Assembly (NCBI RefSeq): GCF_004010195.1
Contig: NC_057718.1
Location: forward strand, 102,923,566 to 102,987,565
Direction of reading: 5' to 3'
Source: Chiloscyllium plagiosum
Lineage: Eukaryota
Length of the DNA: 64,000 nucleotides
The position numbers were made by a program, and so were the translations under genes. Numbering within the stretch: position 1 is the stretch's first letter; every line of letters begins with the position of its first letter. Of this stretch, positions 12,166 to 25,117 are shown piece after piece. Under the pieces are notes generated by a model. The model was given only the letters and a program-made list of their open reading frames with translations, did no database searches and was not told the DNA's origin.

Positions 12166-12639
12166 CTGCAAAGAAATCAGCATTTCTCTCAACTTAGAAA
12201 ATTCACGATTGGAGCCAACGTGTAGAATTTAGTACTTGTTATAAATTATGCAATTTTGGACTTGAGCATTTGCATGACCAGTGTAACTATTGATCCTTGC
12301 TGCTAATGTATGGAGCACTGGGCACGAGCTCTTTATCAAAGTCAGGTCAATGAGACCAGGAGTAAATGTAACCAGCTCCAAGGTGTGAACCAGCAGGGTG
12401 CCCAACAACTCGGTGGTGCAGTGGTAGTGTCCCTACCTCTGAGCCATGAGGCCCAGGTTCAAGTCTTACCTGCTCCAATGTCATAAAACACCTGGAAAGG
12501 CTGATACACAAGAATCTGTGACCAGAGCTCCCAATGGGTGCTAAAGGAGAGGTGTTGTCAGAATGTTCTAATTTCTTATTGTGTCAGTCTTCCCTCAATT
12601 GCTATGTCAATTCTTGCTGAGATGGAAAAACCATGTGTT

Positions 12640-12920
12640 GAGACCTATGTCCGCAATGTGTACACAAACTACAACAGAGTACTCCAGTGTGGTAATGAGG
12701 GAGTATTAAAGTGTGGAGACAGATGTTAGCCCCAAGGCCCCTGTCCCCTCTCTGGTGAAGGTAAAAGATCCCATGGCACTGTTTTGAAGAGCAAGGGAGT
12801 TCTTTCTGATCACTAAACATACGGATTTTCTGGGTCACTAGCACTTTTCTGCTTGTGTGGCAGCTTGCTGTGTACAGGTCAGATGTCAGGTTTCTGATGA
12901 CAACAGTGACTACATTTCAT
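12640..12920 (+). mobile_element. Deu-domain-type SINE relic
   Basis: actccagtg...gagggagt...gtaaaagatcccatggcact...gaagagcaagggagttct; related relics at ~23355-23700, ~24990-25110 and ~2130-2380. Confidence 0.5.
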
Positions 12921-13312
12921 TTAGTCAATTCATCAAAGATGTGCAGGATAGGGTGGGTTAGCCATGGAAAATGCAGCATTACAGGGATAGTGTAGGGGGG
13001 TGGGTCTGGGTGGGATGCACTTTGGAGGGTCGGTGTGAACTCAATGGGCCAAACAGTCTGCATTCATGCTGTAGGGAGTTTACGATAATTTGATGACCAT
13101 CTGCATGTTCCCCTCCAATGCACTCACCATCCTGAATCAGACGTATATCACCTCTACTGTCGGTGGGCCAAAAACCTGGAATTCCCCCCTTAAGAGCATT
13201 GTGGGTCTACGTACAGCCCATGGACTGCAGTGGTTCAAGAAGGCAACTGGAACCACCTTCTTAAGGGGCAACTGTGGATGGACAATAAAGCCAACAATGC
13301 TCATGTTACAGA

Positions 13313-16300
13313 GTCAGAGAGTCATAGAGATGTACAGCATGGAAACAGACCCTACAGTCCAACCCGTCTATGCTGACCAGATATCCCAACCCATCTAGTC
13401 CCACCTGCCAGCACCAGGCCCATATCCCTCCAAACCCTTCCTATTCATATACCCATCCAGATGCCTTTTAAATATTGCAATTGTACCAGCCTCCATCACT
13501 TTCTTTGGCAGCACATTCCATGCACATACCACCCTCTGCGTGAAATTGTTGCCCCTTAGGTCCCTTTTATATCTTGCACCTTTCCCTCTAAACTTTAGTT
13601 CCAGACTCCCCCATCACAGGGAAAAGACTTTGTCTATTTATCCTATCCATCTCCTGCATGATTTTATAAACCTCTATAAGGTCACCCCTCAGCCTACGAC
13701 GCTCCAGGGAAAACAGCCCCAGCCTGTTCAGCCTCTCCCTATAGCTCAAATCCTCCAATCCTGGCAACATCCTTGTAAATTTTTTCTGAACCCTTTCAGG
13801 TTTCACAACATCTTTCCGATAGGAAGGAGACCGGAATTGCATGCAATATTCCAACAGTGGCCTAACCAATGTCCTGTACAGCCACAACATGACCTCCCAA
13901 CTCCTGTACTCAATACTCTGATCAATTTTGAAAGTATACCAAAATTCTTCACTATCCTATCTACTTGCCACTCGACTTTCAAGGAGCTACGAACCTGCAT
14001 CCAAGGTCTCTTTGTTTAGCAACACTCTCTAGGACCTTACCATAAAGTGTATAAGTCCTGCTAAGATTTACTTTCCCAAAATGCAGCACCTCGCATTTAT
14101 CTGAGTTAAACTCCATCTGCCACTTCTCAGCCCATTGGCCCATCTGATCAAGATCCTGTTGTAATCTGAGGTAACCTTCTTTGCTGTCCATTACACTCCA
14201 ATTTTGGTGTCATCTGCAAACTTACTAACTATACCTTTTATGCTCACATCCAAATCATTTATATAAATGACAAAAAATAGTGAACCAGGCACCGATCCTT
14301 GTGTCACTCCACTGGCCACAGGTCTCCAGTCTGAAAAATAACCCTCCACCTCCACCCTCTGTTTTCGACCTTTGAGCTTGTATCCAAATGGCTAGTTCTT
14401 CCTGTATTCCATAAGATCTAACCTTGCTAACCAGTCTCCCATGGGGAATCTGGTCAAATGCCATACTGAAGTCCATATAGATCATATTTACTGCTCTGCC
14501 CTCATCAATCCTCTTTGTTACTTCTTCAAAAAACTCAATCAAGTTTGTGAGACATGTTTCCCACGCACAAAGCCATGTTAACTATCCCGAATCAGTCCTT
14601 GCCTTTGCAAATGCAAGTACATCCTGTCTCTCAGGATTCCCTCCAACAACTTGCCCATCACCAATGTCAGGCTCACCGGTCTATAGTTCCCTGGATTGTC
14701 CTTACCACCCTTCTTAAATAGTGGCACTACGTTAGCCAACCTCCTGTCTTCTGGCACCTCACCTGTGACTATCGATGATACAAATATCTCAGCTAGAGGC
14801 CCAGCAATCACTTCCCTAGTTTCCCACAGAGATCTAGGATACACCTGATCAGGTCCTGGAGATTTATCCACCTTTATGCGTTTCAAGACATCCAGCACTT
14901 CCTCCTCTGTAATATGGACATTTTTCAAGATGTCACCATCTATTTGCCTACATTCTATATCTTCCATATCCTTTTCCACAGTAAATACTGATGCAAAATA
15001 CTCGTTTAGTATCCCCCCATCTCCTGCGGCTCCACACAAAGGCCGCCTTGCTGATCTTTGAGAGGCCCTTATCTCTCCCTAGTTACCCTTTTGTCCTTAA
15101 TATATTTGGATTCTCCGTAATTCTATTTGCCAAATCTGTCTCATGTCCCCTTTTTGCCCTCCTGATTTCCCTCTTAAGTATACTCCTACTTTCTTTCTAC
15201 TCTTCTAAGGATTCACACGATCTATCCTGTCTATACCTTACATATGCTTCCTCCTTTTTCTTAATCAAACCCTCAATTTCTTTAGTCATCCAGCATTCCC
15301 TATACCTATCAGCCTTCCCTTTCACCCTGACAGGAATATACTTTCTCTGGATTCTCGTTATCTCATTTCTGAAGGCTTCCCATTTTCCAGCTGTCCCTTT
15401 ACCTGCAAACATCTGCCCCCAATCAGCTTTTGAAAGTTTTTGCCTAATACCGTCAAAATGAGCCTTTCTCCAATTTAGAACTTCAACTTTTAGATCTGCT
15501 CTATCCTTTCCCATCACTATTTTAAATCTAATGGAATTATGGTCGCTGGCCCCAAAGTGCTCCCCCATTGACACCTCAGTCACCTGCCCTGCCTTATTTC
15601 CCAAGAGTAGGTCAAGTTTTGCACCTTCTCTAGTAGGTACATCCACATACTGAATCAGAAAATTGTCTTGTACACAAGAAACAATTCTTGAGTCCAAGAA
15701 AATTTTCTCATTCAGTATGTGGTTGCACCTACTAGAGAAGATGCAAAACGTGACCGACACAAGAATTAACAAATTCATTTCCATCTAAACCTTTAACACT
15801 ATGGCAGTCCCAGTCTATGTTTGGAAAGTTAAAATCCCCTACCATAACCATCCTATTATTCTTACAGATAACTGAGATCTTCTTATAAGTTTGTTTCTCA
15901 ATTTCCCTCTGACTATTAGCGGGTCTATAATACAATCCCAATAAGGTGATCATCCCTTTCTTATTTCTCAGTTCCACGCAAATAACTTCCCTGGATGTAC
16001 TTCTGGGAATATCCTCCCTCAGTACAGCTGTACTGTTATCCCTTTGACTGGGACAACACACACATCCCAGGACAGACGAAACAAAGACACGCACGAGAAT
16101 TCTTCGAGGCATGGCATTCCAACCAGAACTCCATCAATAAACACATCGATGTAGACCCTATCTACGTTCCCTTGAAAAAAGGAAGCAGAAATGACATCAC
16201 TCACCTTAAGAAACCAAGACCTATAAATAGAGAGGTGGGATATACCACTATCGCTTCACCAGAGACTCTCACTGATGATGTTACCTAGTCACAGTGACGA

Positions 16301-16870
16301 AATGTCTGAAAACAAACCATCCAGCTTAGCAAGCTAACTTACATACTTATGTTATCCCTTATCAAAAACACCCGCTCCCTTGTCTCTTGCCTCCCTTTCT
16401 GTCCTTCCTGTAGCATTAAACTAATAATCCTGCTCATCCCTGAGCCATGTTTCTGTAATTGCTATGATATCCCAGTCGCATGTTCCCAACCATGCCCTGA
16501 GTTCATCTGCCTTCCCTGTTAGGCCCCTTGCATTGAAATAAATGCAGTTTAATTTATCAGTCCTACCTTGTCCCTGACTGTTTGACTCACGTCTTTTCTC
16601 AGCTGTACCAGTCTCAGATTGATCTCTTTCCTCACTATCTCCCTGGGTCCCACGCCCCACCTTACTTGTTTAAATTCTCCCGAATAGCTCGAGCAAATCT
16701 CCCTGCAGTATATTAGTCCCATTCCAATTCAGGTGCAATCCAGCATTCCATTCAGGCCACTTCTACCCAAGAAGCAATTCCAATGCTACAAAAATGTGAA
16801 TCCTTCTCCCATACACCAGCTCCTCAGCCATGCATTCATCTGCTCTATCCTCCTATTCCTGCCCTCACTA
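13313..16870 (-). mobile_element. CR1 LINE, near-complete degenerate ORF2 (APE endonuclease + RT)
   Basis: YFNARGL, IAITETW, VGDFNFP, ASDHN, KSPGPD, NYRPVSLT, YMDFS; frameshifted. Confidence 0.95.
16045..16349 (+). mobile_element. Penelope-like element 3' fragment nested in CR1
   Basis: FDWDNT...AREFFEAWHS...INKH GIY-YIG tail; hammerhead-like CTGATGA...GACGAAA at 16272-16302; TSD TGTTATCCCTT at 16034-16044 and 16350-16360. Confidence 0.85.
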
Positions 16871-16984
16871 GCTTGTAACACCAGGAGCACCAAGGAGGCA
16901 ATATGGAATTCTGATATTTCGCTGCTCGCCACAGAAATGTCTGTCTATGCCTTTGACTACAGAATCCAATGAACCAATTGAAAA

Positions 16985-17484
16985 NNNNNNNNNNNNNNNN
17001 NNNNNNNNNNNNNNNNNNNNNNNNNNNNNNNNNNNNNNNNNNNNNNNNNNNNNNNNNNNNNNNNNNNNNNNNNNNNNNNNNNNNNNNNNNNNNNNNNNNN
17101 NNNNNNNNNNNNNNNNNNNNNNNNNNNNNNNNNNNNNNNNNNNNNNNNNNNNNNNNNNNNNNNNNNNNNNNNNNNNNNNNNNNNNNNNNNNNNNNNNNNN
17201 NNNNNNNNNNNNNNNNNNNNNNNNNNNNNNNNNNNNNNNNNNNNNNNNNNNNNNNNNNNNNNNNNNNNNNNNNNNNNNNNNNNNNNNNNNNNNNNNNNNN
17301 NNNNNNNNNNNNNNNNNNNNNNNNNNNNNNNNNNNNNNNNNNNNNNNNNNNNNNNNNNNNNNNNNNNNNNNNNNNNNNNNNNNNNNNNNNNNNNNNNNNN
17401 NNNNNNNNNNNNNNNNNNNNNNNNNNNNNNNNNNNNNNNNNNNNNNNNNNNNNNNNNNNNNNNNNNNNNNNNNNNNNNNNNNNN
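16985..17484. other. Assembly gap (N run)
   Basis: Run of N. Confidence 1.
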
Positions 17485-17734
17485 TCCAACCCTGGCAATA
17501 TCCTTGTCGATCTAATAGACATATTTTATTTAATCTCCTTTCTTTCCATTTGTATCTCACTGTCTTCTGTCTACCTCCCTCTGTCTCTCTGCTTGTCTCC
17601 AGGAGCTCTCTCTGTATCTCATGCTCTCATGCCTCAATCTTTCTTGCTGTACCTCTGCCTTTGTTTTACTTTATCACTCTTCTCTCAGATATACTTTCAA
17701 AGATCTCAGATTTCTCTCATTATCTCCCCACATA

Positions 17735-18068
17735 GGGTCATAGAGTCACAGTGATGTACAGGATGGAAACAGACCCTTCGGTCCAACCTGTCCATGCCGA
17801 CCAGATATCCCAACCCAATCTAGTCCCATTTTCCAGCACCCGGCCCATATCCCTCCAAACCCTTCCTATTCATATACCCAGCCAGATGCCTCTTAAATGT
17901 TGCAATTGTACCAGCCTCCACCACATTCTCTGGCAGCTCATTCCTTACACGTACCACCCCCTGTGTGAAAAAGTTGCCCCTTGGGTCTCTTTTATATTTT
18001 TCCCCTCTCACCCTAAACCTGTGCCCCTCTAGTTCTGGACTCCCCGCCCCCGGGGAAAAGACTTTGCC
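17735..18068 (-). mobile_element. CR1 LINE 3' fragment
   Basis: ORF 17820-18011 and tail. Confidence 0.9.
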
Positions 18069-18864
18069 TTAGATATTGTTTATTGGTTTATTTTGTTTGC
18101 ATATGTAACTTGGTCTTGCTTTTTAAAAAAAAACTTTTAGCTTTGTCACTGCTCTGATGCTGTAAAAAACCCACCAAATAATGTGCAAACCTCCTGTACA
18201 ATGCAACTGTGACTGAGTAATTTATGAACAACGGATTGTGGATCCTGGAAATCAGAAAAAAAATCAGACATTCTGTTCATGAGTTACAAAGAAAGGTCAC
18301 TGGAAGTGAAATGTTCACTCTGTTTCTCTCTCCACAGGTACTGCCAGACCTGCTGAGTTTTTCAAGAAATTTAAGATCTCAGTTTTGCAATCATGTCTGC
18401 TGTGTAATACCGTGATTACATTCTTGCGCAATTACACAAAATACATTTCTATTTGAAGAAATGTTGCCCATTTTAGCTGTGATGCAATTTATTGATGGAT
18501 AGTTGCTTGACAGCACAGAGCTTTTGTTGAAGATTTTCGTATAACACTCATCAGGGCAATTTACAACAAAACCAATTCAGGGGGAGGGGAACAATTTTCC
18601 CCTTAATTTCGTATTCTTGTGAATTATCCTGATGAGTGTAAAGGTGAAAAAGTTCAACGAAATGTGCTTTTTGCCAGAAATACTCAAGTTATGGATGTGA
18701 GCAATAATGGGATGTGTACTATCTTGTGGGGCATATAATAGAGAAAGCTAGGATGAAAAGCAATGAAACTCATTGTGTCTTGGTAGATGCGTAGGATTAC
18801 ATCAAACTGCTGTGTAACGGTGCTAGACCAGCATTGGGCAAAGTGCCGGGGCACGACAGTGATG

Positions 18865-19520
18865 AGTAGTTAGGAAGGCAAATACAATGTTGTCTTTCAT
18901 CTCACAAGGACTAGAACATAAAAGCAGGGATGCACTTCTGAGGCTTTGTAAGACTCTGGTCAGTCCACATTTAGAGAATTGTCAGCAATTTTGGGTCCCA
19001 TATCTCAGGAAAGATGCATTGGCCCTGGAGCGGGTCCAGAGGTGGTTCATGAAAATTATCCCAGGAGCAAAAGGCTTAACATATGAGGAACGTTTGAAGA
19101 CTCTGAGACTATACTCGATGGAGTTTCGAAGGATGAGGGAGGATCTAATTGAAACTTACGGAATACTGAATGGTCTGGGCAGGGTGAACATTGGGAAGAG
19201 ATTTCCATTGGCAGGAGAGACTAGGATCCGAGGGCACAGCCTTACAGTAAAGGAAAGACCCTTTAGAACGGAGGTAAGGAGAAACTTCTTTAGACAGAGA
19301 GTGGGGAATCTATGGAATTCATTGCCACAGAAGGCTGTGGAGGCCAGGTCACTGAGTATATTTAAAACAGAGATAGATAAGGTCTTGATTGCCAAGGGGG
19401 TCAAAGGTTATAGGGAGAAAGTGGGAAAATGGAGTTGAAGAACCTATCAGTGATGATTGAATGGCAGAGCAGACTCGATGGGCCATATGGCCTAACTTCT
19501 GCTCCTATGTCTTATGGTCT
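18865..19520 (+). mobile_element. CR1 LINE 3' fragment (older subfamily)
   Basis: ORF 18887-19438 LERVQRWF...NFFRQRVGNLWNSLP. Confidence 0.9.
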
Positions 19521-19559
19521 AATGGAATGAAGAACTTGGGGAAGGTGGGGGTTAGAGTG

Positions 19560-20110
19560 ACAGCAAATGAAATGGCTAAAGAAGGGAAGATAATGTCGGA
19601 GTTAGAGGTCACACTGAAGAAGGGAATTGATGTTGCCAATACCTTCCCTTCCTATGGTGCCATTGCAAAGTTTGTAGTCCCAACCAACCCTGGCATTGAC
19701 GTTTCCAAGAAGAATGATCTTGATATCCTTGGGAATACTAGACAACAGTGTGCCAGGGCTGGCATAGAAAGTCTCCTTTACCTCCTCCTCCAAGTCAAGG
19801 GCTGGAGCATAAATGCTCAGAACTATAGCCTTCTAGTTGTTAGTGAGCATCAGGCGGATGGTCATGAGTCAGTCATTGATCCGCACAGAATGTTCAGAGA
19901 GGCAACTGATGGGCTGGTTCTTCATTGGGAGTCCAAAACTGTGAATTCTAGCCATCCCTTTCCAGATGAAGGTGTAATCACCTTTCACCTCCTTCAGTTG
20001 CCCTCCTTCTGGAAGTGGGTTTTGGAAAGAGCAGCTCAGTCGATCTGGCTTCTCTTCAGTTCTCTGGCTATGGTGGCAATCCTTCTCTCAGGTGGATGTC
20101 ACCACGCCTG
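19560..20110 (-). mobile_element. RTE-like LINE endonuclease fragment
   Basis: EEEVKETFY...IILLGNVNARVG...IGREGIGNIN resembles the RTE/BovB endonuclease. Confidence 0.65.
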
Positions 20111-20384
20111 ACTAATGTTCGGAGGACATCGGTTCAAATCCCATTAAGGCAGATTGCAGAATTTCAGTGAATTAGCCTGCAAATGAAAGTTAGTCATCAG
20201 GGAGGATGACCACGGCAACCATCAAGTGCCATTAAAATTCCATCTAGTTCCCTCATACACTTCAGGAAAGGAAATCTGCCATCTTTATCTGGTCTGACCC
20301 ATGTGTGAATCCAGACCCACAGCAATGTGATTGATTTTAACTGCCTCTGAAATGGCTCAGCATGCCACTTTGTACCCACGGCAA

Positions 20385-21120
20385 ATGCTTGGGCTGACAA
20401 GTGGCAAATAACATTAACGCCACACAAATGCCAGTCAATGACCATCTCAGATAAGAGACAATCTAACCATCGCCTCTTGACAGTCAATGGTATTACCATC
20501 ACTGAATCCCTCACTATCAACATCTGTGGGGTTACCATAGGCCAGCAACTCACCTGGGCTCACCATATAAACACAGAGGCTACAAGAGCAGGTCAGAGAT
20601 TAGAAATATCATGGAGAGTAACTCACTTCCTGACTCCCAAGCCTGTCCACCATCTACAAGGCACAAGTCAGGAGTGTGATGGAATACTCCCCCCTTGCCT
20701 TAATGGATGTAGCTCCAACAACACTCAAGAAGCTTGACACCATCCAGGACAAAGCAGTTGCTTTATTGGTACCACATCCTTAAACATCCACTCCCTCCAC
20801 CACTGACGCTCAGTAGCAGCAGTGTGTACTATCAGCAAGATGCACTGCAGAAATTCACCAAAAACCTTTTGACAGCACCTTCCAAATCCATGACCACTTC
20901 CATCTAGAAGGACAAGGGCACCAGATACATGGGTACAAGTCCCCTCCAAGCCATGCACCATCCTAACTGAGAAATATATTGCCATTCCTTCAGTGTCGCA
21001 AGGTCAAAACCCTGGAACATCCTCCCGAAGGGCATTGTGGGTCAACATGGACTGCAGCGGCTCAGGAGTGCACCTTCTCAAGGGGGACAACTAGGGACGG
21101 ACAATAAATGCTGGCCCACA
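20385..21120 (+). mobile_element. L2/CR1-group LINE 3' part
   Basis: WADKWQIT, YKAQVRSVMEYS; same family as 48190-50470. Confidence 0.8.
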
Positions 21121-21381
21121 AGTAAATAAAAAAAAGATGGGTGACAACTGGCAAATCCAACTCCCGAGAAAGGATAAAGTGAATTGTAGACATAAGGGCG
21201 TGGGACTGGCTGAGATCCTCACAGTGGGCTGAAAGGTCACACATTGCACTGTAGTAAATCTCTGCGTATTCAACACTTTGAAAGGTTTAATCAAAATAGA
21301 AGCTGCTTTTTATTAAGCACACAAATCTAATAAATATGCGTAACTTGGGGAAAAGAGTTCCTGTGTAGGGTTAGAGCTTAC

Positions 21382-22193
21382 TCAAAAGGAATTAACATTT
21401 TTAAGAAGTCCCTTTAATAATACGTTGAAGATCAGAAATCAGGTTTGGGCCACAAAATGAAAACAGACAGTGGGGATGGTTCTGAACATTCCTAACGAGC
21501 GTGAACATTTTTATTTGATACACAATCATGGAAGCATAGCAAAGCAGGGACCAAAATGATTCAGCCAACTTGTAAAGTTAGGAGACCTGCTGCTTATATT
21601 AGATTTATTCCTTTGGATAACTTTGGCCTTCCTCTAGTCAGCCCCAGCACATCAGTCAGTGTGACAGTTTGATCCATTTCCCATGGCTGCTGGGTGTTTT
21701 TAGGGAGCAGGTGGAGAGGGTGAGTGCTGCTTGAAACAGCTGCTGTACACAGAGGCCACCGTTTAATCTATGTCCTGCCACAATTGTCAATTATAAATCT
21801 TCAGCAATGAGAAGCCTCTCATCCTATTTCAGGTAAGGTCTTGCTTCACCCCCTAACCCTGTGTATTTTAAGAGGTGTCACATTCAAGTGGCTTGTCAAG
21901 TGTTCACTCTGTGAGGCCATCAATCTTGTCTAATGGCGTCTCTCTGTTGTTTTCTGCTCCCTGTTGAATAATACTTGGAAATACCTTCGAGTAATGACAA
22001 GGTACAACGTGGTGGTTGTATGTTAACAGTAAGGCTCCCATATGCAGAGCTCAAATCTGACTTTGTTGAGCTAATGCCTATGTCTGTTGTAACTAACACA
22101 TTAACGTCAACTGGTTGACCAGGAAGAGTATCACGTGATTGACGTGTGGTGGATGGTTACATGTATGACCTGCTAACATTGGCCCAGGTCTAT
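21382..22193 (-). pseudogene. Candidate long dynein pseudo-exon (AAA3-AAA4 connector, with insertion)
   Basis: TGA|GTAAGC donor at 21382; ALLCFHDCVS (~RLWxHECLR) in the 3' part; 5' part degraded with stops and probable frameshifts; start uncertain. Confidence 0.4.
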
Positions 22194-24030
22194 CTAGACA
22201 TTATTAGACATGACACACTTACACAGCATAATTATCTGATTATTGAATATATGACTTTCTGCCATATATGAATAGATACTTAAACTAAGATTTACTTCTG
22301 CGGGTTAAAAAAAAGATAGTCTGCGACTTACAAACATCTGATTAATGAAGGCTCCTACTTACAATTAAGGTCCCATATTAAGATTACCTTTTTAAAGGCT
22401 GAGATGTGAACATTGGCTTGTACTCACAAATAGGCAAAAGTGAGGACTGCAGATGTTGGAAACCCAAGTTTCGATCAGAGTGGTGCTGGAAAAGCACAGC
22501 AGGCCAGGCAGCATCCGAGGAGCAGGAAAATCGACATTTCAAGCTGAAGTTCTTCATCAGGAAATTTGCAATTTAAGCAAAGTAGTCAGCGAGATTAATT
22601 ACATTGATTTGAAACATTGATTCTCTTGCTCCTTGGAAGCTGCCTGACTGGCTGTGCTTTTCCAGAGCCACACTTTCCAACTCTGAAACTCCAGCATCTG
22701 CAGTCCTCACTTTCTCCCTGTACCACTGCAGCAAGACATCCCTGGTCCAGTACTCGAAACGTCTTGTTACAAAGACCAATATACCATTTGCCTTCTTCAC
22801 TGTCTGCTGCAGTTATGAGGGCTGTAGACCATGGAGATGTCAACAGGAATGGTGTTGGGGTGTTGGGGAATTGGTGGCTCCCACATCACAAGCTGAGAAT
22901 AAAAGCAATCTGGGTGAGACAGGTACTCAGTGCGACTTGCTTGTTGGATTTTGGATGAGGGTACAGGGTCAGGAACTCTAGAGCCTCTTTCCTGGATAAC
23001 TTGCGCCAATAACCTTTGCCCTCAAGACATTAAACAAGGAAACTTGGTGTTCAGATCAGGGTTCTAATTCTATTGTAAGTGTATTTCCCAGGGATAGTGG
23101 TGTGCAGGGCTGACCCATTCTGAACTGATAGCCTGAATAGGGTCAGAAATCACAGGCCCTGTGTTGCTCCTGATATGGGCCTCCAAACCCACCCCTGGCC
23201 CCCAAGCTGGTGCACAGGGCAACCCTTTGGAGGTCCCACCATTGGGCCTGAATAAACTCCCCCGGTCCCAGTCCTGGGCCCTCGTTTCAGGGGCTGGATA
23301 TACCAGTTACACCTCACTTGCCACTGAGTGACAATGCTGTCGGCCCAAATCCCCACTCCAGGGAGTTAGGCTCCGATGTTTAGACTGACACTCTAGGGCA
23401 GTACAGAGGGAGTACCACATTGGCAGAGGTGCCATCTTTTGGACAAGGTCCTGAGAGCTATTTCAAAGAAGTGAAAGGGTGTACCCCTGGCCTGTGCCAA
23501 ATGCCAACATCTCATGAACAAATAAAACATACTTATCCCTTGAATCACCGTGATTAAAAATAGAAATTCTGTTGCTATCGCATTGGAGTTTAACTTGTAC
23601 AGACTGGCTGCTGTATTTCATACATTACAGTTGGAGTTTAACCTGTACTATTTCAGTCATTACAGCAGCACATTACAAATAATTATTGACTGAGAAGTGA
23701 CTTGGAGCAACATAAGTTGATGAAGTTCTGAGGAAGGGTCACCTGACCTGAAACGTAAACTCTGATTTCTCTCTGTAGATGCTGCCAGACCTGCTGAGCT
23801 TTTCCAGCAATTTCTGGTTTTGTTTCTGATTTACAGCGGTTCTTTCATCTTTTTCTTATTAAGTTTATGAAGGATGCTGTCTAAATGCAAGTCTCTCTTT
23901 CTTGCCAGGATTAAGAAGGATCCCAGTATAGATTTCTCTGCACCCCAATCACAAGGCAAAACCTTTCACTACATGTAAAGCTTTTTTTTTAAAACAACTG
24001 CTTCCATCTCTTTAAATAATCAGCAATTGA

Positions 24031-24181
24031 CATTGTCCCCTTGATTGCCTTGTCACAGAGTGGATGATCTTATGGTGGCTCCCAGGGGGGTTTAAGAACA
24101 CTGTGGCTTCCACCTCGCGATGGAGGGGGTAATGTTCAATCGCTTTCAGAAACACACAGTTTGGCCGACTCAATAACTGGC
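24031..24181 (-). pseudogene. Dynein pseudo-exon (AAA3 lid)
   Basis: GGTTTCAG| acceptor in phase 1; FLKAIEHYPLHREVEATVFLNPPGSHHKI (~ATIELHKKVSATFLPTPAKSHYxF); donor approximate. Confidence 0.7.
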
Positions 24182-25117
24182 CTGAAACCAACATCACCAA
24201 TTAGAATGGGTACACGGTACGAAGAGAAAACCCCATACAGTGCTGCGTTCTTTTTCCTGCAGGAATGCGAAAAGCCACTTCAAAAGGCTTCAGTCTTAAA
24301 CAGTCTACTTTTATTGCAAAGAGGAACAAAAAAAAGCTGCCTACCACAGAGTGGTGACTTTCTCCTGAGGTCAGTCACATTGACAATAATGTGATTGTTG
24401 GCGCAACCAATTGAGCACCACCACCAACACCCCCCCCCCATCCCCCCCATCGACACTGTGGAGTAGAGACTGATGAGATGAAATGCTTTGGGCTTGAAAG
24501 ATCCAGGCCATTGGTGGCTGACACTCACACATTTGACTTCTGGCATGTAAAGCAGAGCGGGCATGGAGCATCAATGGGATTCCAAGTTAGGAGAAAGGGG
24601 TGGGAGGTCATGGGACAGGAGCTGGTGCTGAATAATCCTCCTGTCTGACAGGCTGGCACTGATGCCTCCAGACATATGGAGATGGTGCATGTGCATTTGC
24701 TCTGACAGTGGGTATCAATGGCAGCATAAAAATCAGACATAACCCACTGCTGCCCGCAGAAATTCCAGACATAGGGAGGGTGTTGGTGAGGTTGGGGGTG
24801 GGTCACTGTTCGTGGGAGTGATAAATGTAATGACCCACAGATCTCTGTAATAAAACAGAGGCTAAAAATATGAAACAACAGAAATTGCTGGAGAAACTCA
24901 GCAGATCTGTGGAGAGAGAAAAACCAAGTCAACATTTTGGGTCTGGTATGACTCTTCACCGGGTCTCTGATTAATCTGATAATGAACCAGATAATCTGTT
25001 TTAGTGATAATGATTTGAGGGTTAAATATTTGGTCAGGATTCAAGGAAGAACACCCCTGTTCTTTTTCAAAATGTTGTCAGAGGATGGTTTACATCCACC
25101 TGAGAGGGCTAATGTAA

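Noticed and set aside
16845..17754. Long ORFs of 225-262 aa
   Set aside because: Artefacts of the N gap.
19461..20111. 216-aa plus-strand ORF as a novel gene
   Set aside because: Antisense to an RTE-like endonuclease relic and starts inside a CR1 tail.
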